A stretch of 64,000 nucleotides of DNA from Lingula anatina (GCA_051362555.1 CM120648.1:13016587-13080586), one strand, 5' to 3'. Positions 1-14,798 are shown, counted from the stretch's first letter. Made by a program: numbers and translations. The notes: generated by a model not told the origin, from the sequence alone.

Positions 1-754
1 CTCCATTGTCTTTCTCTTCCTACCTATCACTTATCTCTTCTCTGTTCTAATTATCGACCAAATGAGTATGGCATTACCACTTGTTTCGAGTTTTTATTGG
101 ATTTGGTAAGGGTACACAAAATGGGTCTCTCTTTCCCGTTCGAGTTCATCATTAACTTGTTTTCCTTATTATATGAATCATCATGACTGCGGTCATAATA
201 CAATGTTTCTATCTCAGCCTGAGGCGGGTGCATTGTGTTAGGCTAATAGCGACACAATAACTTGGCAAAACCCCGATGAATTTCGAACAAAATAGATTTT
301 GCCTCTGAACACAGAAATTTCTCTCCGTTTCTCTCCTTTTATTCGCCGCTTTTCCCCCTTTTGCTCATGCCTGTTTCTCATTATCTCTCTCTAAATAAAT
401 TTAAAAAGAAAGAGAGACATGAAAAATATTATCAGATTTTCATGATTCCTATTTCATACTGAGCAGTATTGGAGAATAAGGAAGCAATGATTGAAAAAAA
501 TGCTTAAAGAAACAGTACGTTGGGAAGATATCGCCTACGAATATGTCATGGCGTATGGCTACATCTAAATCGCCATCCTATCTCTCTCTCTCTCTCTCTC
601 GTTTTTTTTTTTTTTTTTCTTTTTTTGATAATATGCAGACGAAGAGAGGAGTAGATGAATGCAACCCACGTCGCTGCCTAAAATAAAATTCATTCTTCTG
701 CAAGGAGGCAAAAGACAATTTGACCACCACACTCCCCCTCCCAAGAACACACAA

Positions 755-786
<32 letters not shown>

Positions 787-1231
787 GCTTAAAAAGTCCT
801 TTCCTTTACATGAGGACCAAACGAACATTTTCATCCCCCTCCCCAACAAACACATATACATTAAATGTCTAGGTCGTTATATGTGTACCTTTTGATAAAA
901 AAAGGCGATACGCACCCGTTTCCTCTTTGGCGAGAACAGTTGGAACGAAACGTGCGACGTGCTTTTATTTTGGCTCGGATGTGTTTTTATATGTTATTTG
1001 CCAAATTTTCCCAATATATCAGATTCGCACCTGTCATCTGGTTTATTATATTTAGCGGATAAGCATTCTCTTCGTCTGACAGGTGTTGTCGAAATGTTTT
1101 ACATTTATGTCGCGCTCTTGCTTTCACAGTAGGCGCCATTAATGTAACAAGGAGGGACGCCAGAAACGAAATAACGGGAAAATTATCAACGAGAACTAAG
1201 ACTGTGGACTGTAAAATCGCGCCAAAAAGCC

Positions 1232-1837
1232 ATGATGAGGATCATTGCAAAGGGATTTTGTTTTATTTTCATTTTTATCGTCGTTTTGTTGAAAAGCGGC
1301 TGCTGTGAATTAACGAGGAGCGCTTGCGCGGGGAATAAACAGCGAAGTTTAGTAAGCGATCCGGAAAGTTGTAACAGGTATTTGTAGACTTCAGTACTTT
1401 ATTGCTCAAGTTGATTCATTTTCATTATTAATTCAGCACAACGAGATGACGCTGGAAGATGAAAACAGCAATTCCAAAACAAAAAACAGAGCTAATTTGC
1501 GAGTAAGAAGAATTTCTGAAAGCTTCTCGTCAGCTGTTTTGTGAACTCTTTTATTAAAGCATTTTAGCGACGATTTGTATAACGGTGTTGCATTTCCTCA
1601 AAATCAACCGATCTACTTTTCGTTTTCTAGAAATAAATAAAAGGACATGCAGTGAGGAAAATTCAAAGGGCGAAGGAGGTGGGGGGAGGGAGTGCATGTC
1701 TCATTTTAAGGGTATTTCAACCCTCCAGGGATCTGTCATGACTTACGTTAAATTCCCAGAGGGGTAAAATAATTAATTATCATTTTTCTGCCTCTCTTTG
1801 CACGACATGTTTACAATAATATATGATAGGAGTGAGT

Positions 1838-1878
<41 letters not shown>

Positions 1879-2900
1879 GAGGGGGCACCAACCCCCTAGA
1901 TCTGCCCATAGCTTATCTATACCCTCTACTCCAGGGTGGCAGGCGCATTTTCCTCCAGCCAGTTAGAAGATTAACCATATTTAGCCAGAGACATTATCTG
2001 TGAAAATCTAGTGAAAAACGAATCAATAGACCTGGTACAGGATAGCATATCTACATGTATATAAGTTCTTTTTGTACGGCAGGTTTATCGTGTGTTGGTA
2101 CGGCTACCCAGTGTACACGCTGTCCTGTCCAGATGGTCTTCACTGGAACCCAGTTGTACACACCTGCGTCCATCTCCGGGATTCTATATGTGACTGTAAG
2201 TAGTCCAGGGAGAGTGCCTTATTATTATTATTATTTTTTTTTTATTATTATTTTTTATTTGTGTGTTTTGTAGAGTTGTGGATTTTTACTGCCTATTGTG
2301 TGTATCTCGTAAAATCGAAAAAAATCGGATTTTTTCGTTTGTATAATTAGTATATAATATTTATTTAAATAATGCTCGGAGCCTATTTGTACCAATCAAC
2401 CAATGAGCGCATATTTTACATGTGGATTAGTCATCTGCCAATACCAGTAAAGAACGTGCTTAGAACTGTAATACTCGTCTACATTGTTTGACACCCAACG
2501 GACTTTGATAAATGGACCCCCGCAGCCTAACCATAGATTTTAACATTTTCAGCATTAATAGGTGGTCAGAGCTCATTCAGTTTTGAAGGACCGTCCAGTC
2601 ACCCAGGTGGCACGAAGACAGACTCGTCTGCTGGCGGTGATAGCGAGGCCTCGTTATCGTCAGCCTCCGCCCTGACGTCATCAGAAGCATCAGGTGATGG
2701 GGAGGAGGATTTATATGTCACATCCAAGAGTAAGGGGGGCTAAAACTGGCATTACCATTTTTTACCATTATAGCCCGTATCACAACCTTTTTAATTAACT
2801 TTGACATCACATAGATATCTACAGCATTTCCTGTCTTCCAGGTGTGACAAGTACACTTTATATAGGGCCTACATGTATTTCTCCTTAAAGGGCATTTACA

Positions 2901-2943
<43 letters not shown>

Positions 2944-4343
2944 TACAGGAGACGTTGTTTATTCGGTATATTTAGTAACCTATACTGGATTGGGCCCGTT
3001 TTTGTCTGTGAAAATATATTTCTTTACGAATGTCATTTCAATATTTCTTATCATGGCGTTGTTATATTACAGTACACCACTTGTGTATGAAACATAACTG
3101 GGGCAATAATCCGGAACCGACCGACTGCAGCCGATATCTCTCCTGCTCTGGCGGAACGGTCGTTGCCAGGATGCGACCCTGTCCATCCGGTTTGCTTTTC
3201 CACCCCGGACTTCAAATCTGCACGTGGCCGACTGACGTAGATTGCGGAGATCGCCCTTATCCGGGAGTAGCACCTGTTTCAACCACCTTTTCTGGCAGTA
3301 GTACTCGAAGAAGTACAACAGTTCCTACAACTAGAAGCACTGGCACCGATCCTCTATGTATGACACGCAAGTATGGCAATAATCCGGAACCAGACGACTG
3401 CAGCCAATACCTCTCTTGCTCAGGCGGAACTGTTGTCGCTAGAAAACGGCCCTGTCCATCCGGTTTACTTTTCCATACTGCGCTACAAATTTGCACATGG
3501 GCAGCTACAGTTAACTGTGGAGATCGCCCTAATCCAGGTGCTACTTCTATCACTGCTCAGACTACTAGCACTACTCCTGCAACAATGCATACCATAACAA
3601 CGGATACTACGACAACCAGGCGTCCCATGACGACGACATCACCCTCTCCAGCTATGACTAGTAGTGTTATGCCTATTTCCTCCACTGCTTCTATTAGCAC
3701 TCAAAGAAGTACACCGAGCTCTGCAGCAGAAACTACAAGAAGTACTGACCCTCTTTGTATGACGAGGAAGTCGGGAAACAATCCGGAACCTTACGACTGC
3801 AGCAAATATCTCTCTTGCTCTGGCGGAACCGTCGTCGCTAGGATGCGATCCTGTCCATCCGGTTTGCTTTTCCACCCTGCACTACAAATTTGCACATGGG
3901 CAGCCTCAGTTGATTGTGGAGATCGCCCTTTGTCAGCTGCAACCACTTCTTCTACCACTGCCCAGACTACTAGCACTGCTCCTGCAACAACGCATACCAT
4001 AACAACGGTCACTACGACAACCAGTCGTCCCATGACGACGACATCACCCTCTCCAGCTATGACTAGCACTACCATGCCAATGTTCTCCACCTCAGGCACT
4101 AATAGCCAAAGTAGTTTAACACCCTCCTCTAACTCCGGGACAGGCGGCGGTGGGGTGGACCCTCTCTGTGTGAACGATGGGGACAACCCGGACCCCAGTA
4201 GTTGCAGCCTCTATCTGTCATGCGCACACGGCCGGGTTGTTGCTAGGATGCGGCACTGTCCCACTGGACTCTTGTTTGATTCTGTACTGCGGATGTGCAA
4301 CTGGCCCGCTTACGTAGACTGTGGCCACCGCCCTTTGCCTTGA
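1232..4343 (+). CDS. Secreted chitin-binding peritrophin-A (CBM14) / mucin-like protein, 5 CBM14 domains, about 568 aa
   Basis: Exons 1232-1377, 2083-2195, 2553-2729 and 3073-4343 join in frame at GT-AG sites (phases 2,1,1). The N-terminus MMRIIAKGFCFIFIFIVVLLKSGCC is signal-peptide-like. Domain 1 (C..DPESCNR|FIVCWYG..SCPDGLHWNPVVHTC..C) is split over exons 1-2. Exon 4 holds four more 6-Cys domains (e.g. PTDCSRYLSC..CPSGLLFHPGLQICTWP..VDC) separated by Thr/Ser/Pro linkers. Confidence 0.9.
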
Positions 4344-7172
4344 CTGGACCATGCTACTTAGAAAGAGAAGGTAGAACATTAAGATATGTCGTTTTGTCTT
4401 ACGTGGTGTCCGTAGTTAATAGTATTTCCTCATTCAAATGTTGAAATGTCTTAGATACCAATATTGGACAATATTGAAAATCGCAGTATAAAATATATCA
4501 TATCCTTTTATTTTATGTTTATGTATTGTAGTATTGGTATTATATCTGTTTTACTTAAACGTCACGTCTGTTAGCGAGCGGAGCAGATATCATAGAAATG
4601 ATGTCTCTCTTCATCAATACAGAATAAAGGATTAATTAAAAAGTATAACCTAAATCATTGTAATGTACTTTGCCATAGATATTTGTGTATATATAAAATA
4701 CTTCGGTTATGTCAAAATCTTACCATATGCGGCATCAAGCATTAAAAAGTTGTGGCAAGGGGTTCTCTTTGATTAAATGCTATTAGAACGGCATTTACAA
4801 GTTGAGCTAGCTTGTTCCAAGTACGATGAAAGTTCACAACGGTTTCTCGTTGACTGCCGTTTTATATTCATTTTGTATTATATATGTTCTGTTAATATTA
4901 TCTGAAGGCCTATTCATAGATATACACTTGCAGAACTTCTTTTTAGAAAAATTAATAAATTTAAGTATCAGAAAATAAAGATGGATTAATAGTGTCATGA
5001 ATCCGCGTGCATGCAACGACGTAAAAGAATTATATGTTATCAAAATATATTGGATTACGGAAAAAATCATCCACTATATTTTATGAAATTTTGCAAAATG
5101 CTGTACATTGTTACTTGCTGGTGTTTAATGATAAAATAATTGTTCCAAAATGCTTTTTGTGACATTACGTTTACTCATGTCTCGTGAGTTATGCTTTCTG
5201 AAATCACTAATATTCCATACCACGACAGCGATCTTTAATAATCGATTGATAAAATGAATCAATAAATGGGATGCACTCTTAGTTGCGAACAGTGAGTGTG
5301 GCGACTAAAAAAATGCCTTATTGTTTATTTTCCTTTAAATAATATTCTTCATGATTTAAAATGAAAAAGACAACGTTAAACGTATTTTTCTAAAAAAAAA
5401 AAAAAAAGAATAAATAAAATAGATACCTTGGAACCAATTTTACTTACATTTTATCTTCTCCGGCGTCATTTCTTCATATTAAAGAAAAAAAATGTTGAAA
5501 AATAGAAGTCAATATTGCGATATTATCTGTGTTTTTGAAAATTATTAGTGCTATAAATAGTGCTATAAATCAGCAAAAATTTTGTGCTGAAGGACCCTCC
5601 ACCCCAACGTCGCTTGCGCTATGAAAGCCTTGTTTGTGTATGGTTTCCCTATACCTATACACCCCCTTAGTATTAATTGCGTTAGTTGCGAACGCCAATG
5701 CACGACACATTCAACTTAGTTCTCAGTTCGAGAATGCTTTAGATGTGACGCGCAGAACATTCTTTGAAATGCACTTGCTCTCTTTTTCTTACTCACAATC
5801 CCCACAGCGAGAGAGCTTTCAGTGCCCGAAGCAAAGCTTTTGTTCATAATAATATGTAAAACTGTCCTCCAGTAGCTGAAGGCAGCCTTGTTCTGTTACA
5901 ACGGTCGTCTGCCTAGCTGGCCCTTGTTACGTACAGTAACAACATACGTACAGCTACGTGTTTATAGAGTGAAAAAGAGGAAATACCCGATTCTAATACC
6001 AGGTTGTAGAAATTTTGGATTGTAGAGGTCCATGTTACTCCCTACCCTGATTCTAACTGAAATACCGCTTGCCACTGAAGCATGGGCGGGGGGATATACA
6101 GTGTATAACAAATTTCCATCTTCAGTGCCAACTCAAAAGTCCCTTTATTCTGGCTAGAATGTATGCTTTTAAGCACTTTAAAGTACACTTTATCTGTACA
6201 TGGAATCAATATGCATGCCTCGGTGGCCCCAACTGATCTACATACCAATTGTTGTGCAATGTTAATAGGTGACTTCTTACTAATAGGGGTTTTAGATGTG
6301 CATCTGTATCAGGCATTCCGGCCAGAGAATGATAAATATTCATGCAACACGGAAGCAAATATAATGATACTCTTTTGACTGTATATGATAATACAATATG
6401 GAATAAGGGGGGTCCACACGCCTTCAATTACTTCCTTTCCCACTAAAATTGGTTACATAATTCTGTGGATTTTAGTTTCCTTTTTAGAGCCATCTCAGTA
6501 TCATAAACATAGTTTCCCTTTTAAACGATATTACGCTTCTCACAGATACCTTTTATAGGAGGTCTTTATTACACTTTAATCTAAAACACTACCAACTACA
6601 AAATATTCAAATATGAAATTTTAATATTTAATACTTATATATAATATCTATGCCACAATTACTGAAAAATTAAAATAGGAATTCATCCAATAACATGTCT
6701 TCAATCTTTCTTAACTGAGACCCATTATAATTCAATTATATATTATTCAATTCAATATGGATTGGAAATACTAGTTGTGATTTTCATTAGGAGAGTGTTT
6801 CCCAAATAAAATATCCCAAAATCAAAAAAAAAAAAAAAAAAAGGAATTGGTTTATAGATCATAATTCTGTCAAAAGTTTTGGATAGGAAGTGCCGCCGCC
6901 ATTTAAGAAAAACGGCTAGAAATTGCTGGGGAATTGACATTTTACTACACTGTATGTACATGTAGAAAGGTGTGGCCATTATTGCGTGCTTTTTAAAGTT
7001 AATCGCAACCATCCCTCTTGGGCAGCTAAAAATAAGCTTTGGCATACATCAAATAATAAAGGGACGTGGAATGAAAAATTGCAGCTTTTGTTTTATGTAA
7101 TACAGACTGTTCTAACCCATATCACAACATTCAGTTATTTAGAAAGCTTATAGATGGAAACGCGTTGTACAT

Positions 7173-7259
7173 CAGGCCCGTATAGCCAGCACTTTCAAAA
7201 GGGGAGTTCTTTCTACCCCCCTGACCCCCCCCCCTCCCTCTCCTCTGGCTACAGGCCTG
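7173..7259. mobile_element. Short MITE with CAGG termini and 5-bp TSD
   Basis: Ends CAGGCCCGTATAGCCAG...CTGGCTACAGGCCTG, flanked on both sides by TACAT. Confidence 0.7.
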
Positions 7260-8486
7260 TACATATATATGCTCAAAGAAAATAAATTTACTATTGCAGG
7301 TGCGTAGGGACCGAAATTTAAGTGTGTGTGGGTCGTGAGTTGGTACACCTCTTGTATTATATAACACAAACGGTTGTGGCCCATATTTCAATAGCCGTAC
7401 AGAGCCTTTGGATGTAGACAGTGCCTTTATTATCACAAATGAAAATTAAAATTGAGGGGGGGGGGGAGGGCGAGTCGAAAAAAAAGTAGATTGTTCCCAT
7501 TAGCCGTCTATTTCTTGGGCCTACAACACGTGGTTACAAAAAGTGAGGGTTGGTTAGCCCTGCCCCCCCTCCCCACACCCCCCCCTCTCCCCGCCCCTAC
7601 CCGGTTCATATTTGTATCATGGGTAACGAGTGACATTTTTGTTTTGAGCGTGCTTAATTTCTACAGTACCATTGTAGGCAATATATTAAGCCATATTTCT
7701 TTAAAGGGATAATAACTCTTCGTATGAGATCTATATTTCACAATAAAACATTGTGAACAACTCATAGAAATATAATATATTCTGTTGTACAAGAAAAAAG
7801 GCAGTTAAAACTATTATTCTGATATCTGAGCTTGTCTTAAGACCATGTGACCTCCATTGATGGCTATACTCTGTAATAAGAGATTATATAAAAAAAAAAA
7901 AACTTTTAGAAAAAACCAGGGACTAACTTTGAATGTAAAAATGGATTCATTAACCATTGGTAAGTATGGGAAAATTGTTGTTTACTCCAGGAAAATTCAT
8001 TTTTTGGCCAAAACGAAGAGTTATAATCCCTTTAACAGACACTGACGGTTTAGTCGGGTCTTTTAAACAGTCAAAATATCATATTTTATTATTGACGAGC
8101 CGGCTGATCCAAAGCTTAAGAATTAAAATAAAAGATAAATAAAGGGCGCTCACTAAGTGCAGTGTATATGGTCATCCCCATGCGGCTCGTATACATGTAG
8201 TTTATAAAGATCGTACCATGCGTCATATATGATAGACTATAAGACAATGAGACGACACTGATATGCGTATCTATATAGTTGTTGGTCCGATAAGCTGTAC
8301 AACGAATCGGTCGCGCTGGACGTGAGTCGCGCAGGTGTATAGGAAGATGTACATGTAGTTTTTCTCCGCCCTGAGGTTCATTTCAGGAGCATTGAGACGC
8401 AGGTCCTCACAAGTACTGTGAAATTTAGAAGTGTCACATTCTGCAAGGGGATTATCGAGCAACCCGTAACCTAACTCCGTACAATA

Positions 8487-8701
8487 ATGACATCCTCAGA
8501 TGGGATCTACAGGGGTTGGATTATACTGGCAATTTCTATCATTTTATTTATGGTGAGCACGGGAGCTGAATCGTCATGGGGGACGATGATATTATGTTTT
8601 CGGCGGGACGAAGACTTCCTGGAATCGTCGCTTGCACAGCTTGGTAAAATCTTTTTTGTAGTTGCCTTTTTTAAAATTAATTAATGAATTAATTAATTAA
8701 T

Positions 8702-8750
<49 letters not shown>

Positions 8751-8848
8751 GGGGGCAGGGGGTAGTACTAGTACACTAGTTGAAATAGGTTTACAGATTG
8801 TAAATAATTAAGCATTGGTCCTTTAGGGAAAATTATATTCACAGGGAA

Positions 8849-8887
<39 letters not shown>

Positions 8888-11800
8888 TGATATGAAGGTC
8901 TAACGCCAGTCAGTGTCTTTTAAGGCCTATATGCTGCAGTCCAATATGTTTACTCCCCACATTAAGACATTAATGTTAAGACGCGACTTTGGCAGAGTTT
9001 TGGACTACATTAAAACGTGGTGGTATATCATTAAGGGCCTGACACTGCTGTTATAGCCACCTATATAAAGGCCGAGTCACTTGTCTATTTTTTTAACGAA
9101 AGAGACGTGCAAGATTAACATTAAGATTAGAGACCAATTTTTTTAATCAGCATCAACATCATCATTTTATATGTGGTCGTTTGGTGTTTTTTTTTTTTTG
9201 CACAAATGTGAGTCATTGTATTCCACTATCGGTCCCCATTTTTACTTCCGGTATATATTAAATTCTAATTGGCCTATGTGTTTCAAACGCATCTAGACGA
9301 ATTCAGAACAAGAGACACACTGGCTGTGGCATTCAAAAAAGGATACATGTTACCTAGAGGAATCATTCGCTGGATTGAAATTATTTTTTGTTGTGCCTGT
9401 CAGTTACTATCACAAGAGACGAACCAGTTACAGTGTGCGTTTTTTTTTATCCTCACCACGCATTTTATTTTCCAGGTTCTCCTCTCACCGTGTACTTTGC
9501 ATTTAAAACGGCCCTGAGCAACCTCGTCTTTACGGCACTGCTCAGATATGGAGAGTTCAGCCTTCGCCAGTTCGCGGCCCTCGGGCTATCTCTCATGGTG
9601 ACGGGACTATTTCTAACGTCCTTTGGGAATGGGCCCCAACCCGTGGCAGTATCTTTTGGCATTATGTTTGGTACTGGATGTGGATTGTATCTAATTACTA
9701 CGTATTTGGTGATAGCACGCTGGTTTCCGTGGACGCATCGGTTCCACGTATTTGCAGCTAGTGCGATGGCCGTTATGATTTTCCTAGGTTAGTAAATGAC
9801 AGATATCCGTTGCAAAATGAAAAGTTTGCAGCAATATTGCGGCAAAATTGCAGCAGAAAATTTTGTATAACAGCTAATTTGCAGTGAATTTGCGAAAGAG
9901 TTTGCGGCAGGCCTGATATTTTGCTAATATATACAGACTTGACATTTAATATGGAATATATTTTTCCAAATTATTTTTCATCAGTTTTTTCCTATTTTGC
10001 TGACTGATGAATGAAAATTGGGATTAAACTCATGTTTTAATAACTTTTATGTATCTCTTTGATGTCATTGTGACATCAGTTCATTAATTGAATTCGCCAG
10101 TGAAGCAAACAAAAATGCATTGCCTATTTTAAGTCGTACGACAACCATTGAAAGCGATATTTTGGATCTCCATATTTTCCTAATTTTCGTCTTTAAAAGA
10201 GTTACACGCCCCACAAAGGACCCTCATGTCAGTGTCTTGCCACAGCAACGGTCGCTGTTACACCTGACCTCATCTGGCTGCTACCAGAGCTTTCAAGCGG
10301 CAAGGCATTCCTTAGGATAGGTTTTTAGAGTTTAATCTGGAAAAAAAAATCCAGGCAACGGTCAAAACTTGTCCAATTTGGTTCAGAATTGTTGTAGGAC
10401 ATGCAGGCCGTTGATTCGGCGAGTAATAACCTACCCACGTATTGTCTATGTGGTTCAAATATGGCGATTTTGATGACCAATGTATCTGCTCAATCCCTTG
10501 GTTCTGTAAGTTATCTGCTATTAAAAGTGCTCTGTGTGAACGGGTAATCTCATCGTGCAACCTAAAATTGTTCCTAAGGTGCCCCCTATCAAATGATAGT
10601 CAAATGGTTCCTAGATTATTCCTTTATTTCATCTGGTTTAGGTTTTCATCAATGACTACCATTGGTGTTTTGGCACCAATGTGGTATCCACTCCAAATGC
10701 TGACGATGCCAATGACCCTAGTCACTTTAGAAGCGACACACGCCTTGTCGTAGGCCTCTTCAGGATGTCTGTAAACTCTGTTTTGACCAGTTAAGCGGTA
10801 CAGGTGAAATCTGACCTCAATAAAGAAAGCCACGCGGTTTCAGTATTCTACCCAGAAACGGTCATGGTCCTCAATTCATTAGAGAAACTGACGACGCTGT
10901 TTTGCTGTTTACAGTGGCTTCCTCAGAGGTCGTTTGGTATTCTAACCTGCTAAAACCAGTTTGGTATTCGCTAAGAGCCTTGAAAAACGCGTTTTGGTCA
11001 CAATTTGCCCCTCATTCTGAACGGACTGGGTGGCTTTTGTTTAGTTGCAGCAGCATATCCTGAAGGACAGTGAGTCCTGTGTCCTGGTGGTAAAATGTCA
11101 ATACATTGGGCGTGGTCTCTGTGTAGATACATCAGTCTGGGCATAACTCCATAGAACTGTGTAGACCATTCCGTTTGCCACAATAATCTGTCTTGCAATG
11201 TCTGTCTTTTTCGCGCCATTCTGGCACAGATTAACAACTTTGTAAAACATTGTTGAACCCATTTTACGCACTGCAAAACCGACCGCTTGCATGCAAATTT
11301 TCAAATTCTTCTATGCAGTAGTTGCCGACATATGGATACTTTTTTAACGGAACCATGCTTCGCCAAAGCCCTGCTTAGACCAGGCCAAAGGAGCACTACC
11401 CAATTAAATCACTGCATATTACACAATGCAGCAGTGCAACAGACTTGGTAGTCGGTTAATTGTTAGCGACACACCTGACTTCACACTTCTCCAGTCAGAT
11501 GTCTTATATGAGATCTGAGTTTTATGAAAAAAGAACGCATTTTTACCTAAGCATACCGTTGAAACTGAAATATTCCATATTAAATGTCAAGTCTGTATAT
11601 ATATATAACGCTTGATATGACACACGTACTTGTGCAGCCGCAAAAGCAGAGTGAAAGCAAATAATTCGAATAATGGTAAATAGAAATTTTTATTACCTCC
11701 GACTAGGAGGATAAGATTTTGGTTAAGATAGTTAGTTTGTCTGTTCGCAACACCATGCAAAAAGTAATGAACGGATTCTGACTAAATTTTCTGGCTAGAT

Positions 11801-14701
11801 CACAAATGGGCCATGGAAACTTGATTTATTTTAGGCTGATGTTGATTACCTCTGAGACGCGCTCTTCGTCGAAGCTACAAAAAATGTAATAATTACGTAT
11901 TGACCTACCAGTATTTTAATGGTACAGGTCACAGGCCTTTTTGCAAACTGTGACCTGGCGTTTCACACGCGAACGCATTCTTCGTTAACCCATGGTACAC
12001 TTCACACACGTATTGAATCACTTATGTCGATTGTCTATAATTTCTAACAGGTAAAATTTTTGGCAGAGGTTTGCGCTCTCTGAGTGGTTTTCTAGTTAAC
12101 AACTGAGTTAAGTACTGAAAAACTGAGCATTCAATCCCCTCCTCCCTTCCTTCCTTAATACCACCATTCCTTCCTTCCTTCCTTCCGTCTTTTCCTCCCC
12201 TCCGTTTACTTTAACATGGATATGTTTCATCTTCAGGTGCGTCGGTTATGAACAGCATCAGTTTGAAGATGTGTAAAAACCCGTTGCTAGGGTGGCGATG
12301 GGCGTTCCGAGTTTACGCAGCCGCCATTGGAGCACTTGGTCTTCTCCTGGTCATGGTATTCGGGCGCCCTCCAGCGGTGACACACGCACACCAGACTAGT
12401 TCTACTAGTAATAAGTACACATCGTTTCAGCATTTGCTTTTTAAGTTCCGAACTTTCGTTTTCGAGATACGTGATGCTCATTGGGCATTTATATAACAAA
12501 AATAAATGAAGCCAATGAATAATAACAGTACTGAGAATTTCAATAAGTTTATATCCGCTCCAAATCTTTTGAATTGAGATCAATAAACCTTTATTAAGTT
12601 CTTAATTGCTATTTAAAGCGTTACGATTGGATGTCATTATTTTTAATTATTAAATTATTAAAATTGTCCTTTTTCCGCAGGGAACTTCATGATGTTGAGT
12701 AAAGATTATCTAATTAACAGACGATTGCTCTTTTTAGGCAAAACGTACAAAAACCGCCCTGGTCAACAAGTTCCACATTTGTCGTTCATGGAATATGGGC
12801 CCTTGCAGCTTGTGGGGTGGGGTATGCCTACTATCTGCCTTTCGTTATATTAGTAAGTATAGCATGCATTCATGGCAAGCATTGAAAAATGTCTATTTGC
12901 CACAGACACGCGTACGTGACGCCGCATACAAAAGTGCAAAATGAAGTACTTAATAGCAAATATACAATGCACACCTAATAATCTTACATATTCGATTTTA
13001 TATCATATTTTGTATTTATTTAAGGCAGATACCACAAAAGGTAAACAGTTAAACACATTAGAAAATTCTCTTTTTTTTTTTTGTATTATTTCTCTCACTC
13101 AGCCAAAACACGTGACCGATCTAGGATATAACGAAGACGAGGCCGAGTACGTGATGATGGTTTTGGGAATCATGGGCATGATTGGGCAGCTTGTGTTCTC
13201 CTGTGTTGGAGACTATGTGAAAGGCAAGCTAATGCTGGTGAACCTGATTGCAATCTCCTTGGTGGTCGTTAACAATATTGTTGCTGCATATTCCACAACT
13301 TTGGCAGCCGTTTTTATGTATAGCGCTAGTAGGTATTTTTTATTTATTTGCACTAGTTAATTATTTGTTTCGATTAGAAAAACAGCCTTGTTACCCTGCA
13401 GACAGAAAAAAATGTTTCCGCATAAGCAGACAGAATATCGCACGGTATATACATGTAAATCCTGAATTTGTGAATAAAATGGTAAGAGAAAACATTATCC
13501 CTTTTAAATTATTCATCTGTTGTGAATTTTTTTTAATTTGAAGGCACATTTCTGACAAATTCTGAATGGTGTTGTGTACTCATGGTCACTGAATTAGAAA
13601 TTGTCACCAAATGTGAAATACTTGTGTAGTCGTAGGTGTGGGCTGCGGCGTGTACCTGGCAGTCTACTTTCCCGTACACAACGAGATCATGGACGGAGAG
13701 AACGTCGCCACGCTGTTTCTGACGATGCGCTTCAGCAGAGGTGTTGGAGCCACTGCAGCACCGTATATAGCTGGTAGGTGACCGTTAGGTGCATGGATGC
13801 CAATAATTATATATATTCTATATACAGACTTGACATTTAATATGGAATATTTCAGTTTCAACGGTATGCTTAGGTAAAAATGCGTTCTTTTTTCATAAAA
13901 CTCAGATCTCATATAAGATATCTGGCTGGAGAAGTGTGAAGTCAGGTGTGTCGCTACCAATTAACTGACTACCAAGTCTGTTGCACTGCTGCATTGTGTA
14001 TTATGCAGTGATTTAATTGGGTAGTGCTCCTTTGGCCTGGTTTAATAATCTGGGAACCATTTGACTATCATTTGATAGGGGGCACTTTAGGAACAATTTT
14101 AGGTTGCACGATGAGATTGCCCGTTCACTCAGAGCACTTTTAATAGCAGATAACTAACAGAGCCAAGGGATTGAGCAGATACATTGGTCATCAAAATCGC
14201 CATATTTGAATCACATAGACAATACGTGGGTAGGTTATTACTCGCCGAATCAACGGCCTGCATGTCCTACAACAATTCTGAACCAAATTGGACAAGTTTT
14301 GACCGTTGCCTGGAATCTTTTTCCAGATTAAACTCTAAAAACCTATCCTAAGGAATGCCTTACCGCTTGAAAGCTCTGGTAGCAGCCAGATGAGGTCAGG
14401 TGTAACTGCGACCGTTGCTGATGCAAGACACTGACACGAGGGTCTTTTAAAGACGATAATTTGAAAAATATGGAGATCCAAAATATCGCTTTCAATGGTT
14501 GTCGTATGACTTAAATAGGCAATGCATTTTTGTTTGCTTCACTGGCGAATTCAATTAATGAACTGATGTCACAATGACATCAAAGAGATAAATAAAAGTT
14601 ATTAAAACATGATTTTAATCCTTATTTTCATTTATCAGTCAGCAAAATAGGAAAAAGCTGATGATAAATAATTTGGAAAAAATTCTATATTAAATGTCAA
14701 G

Positions 14702-14798
<97 letters not shown>

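Noticed and set aside
565-780. ORFs MCVCVCV.../ERERER, and similar ones at 14635, 26604-27024, 29972 and 43235
   Set aside because: Translations of (CA)n, (GA)n and (TA)n microsatellites or low-complexity DNA.
3257-4186. Minus-strand ORFs overlapping the peritrophin exon
   Set aside because: Antisense shadows of a GC-richer repetitive coding exon.
6163-6378. LIGDF as a LINE endonuclease motif
   Set aside because: Single short motif with no other endonuclease or RT features nearby.
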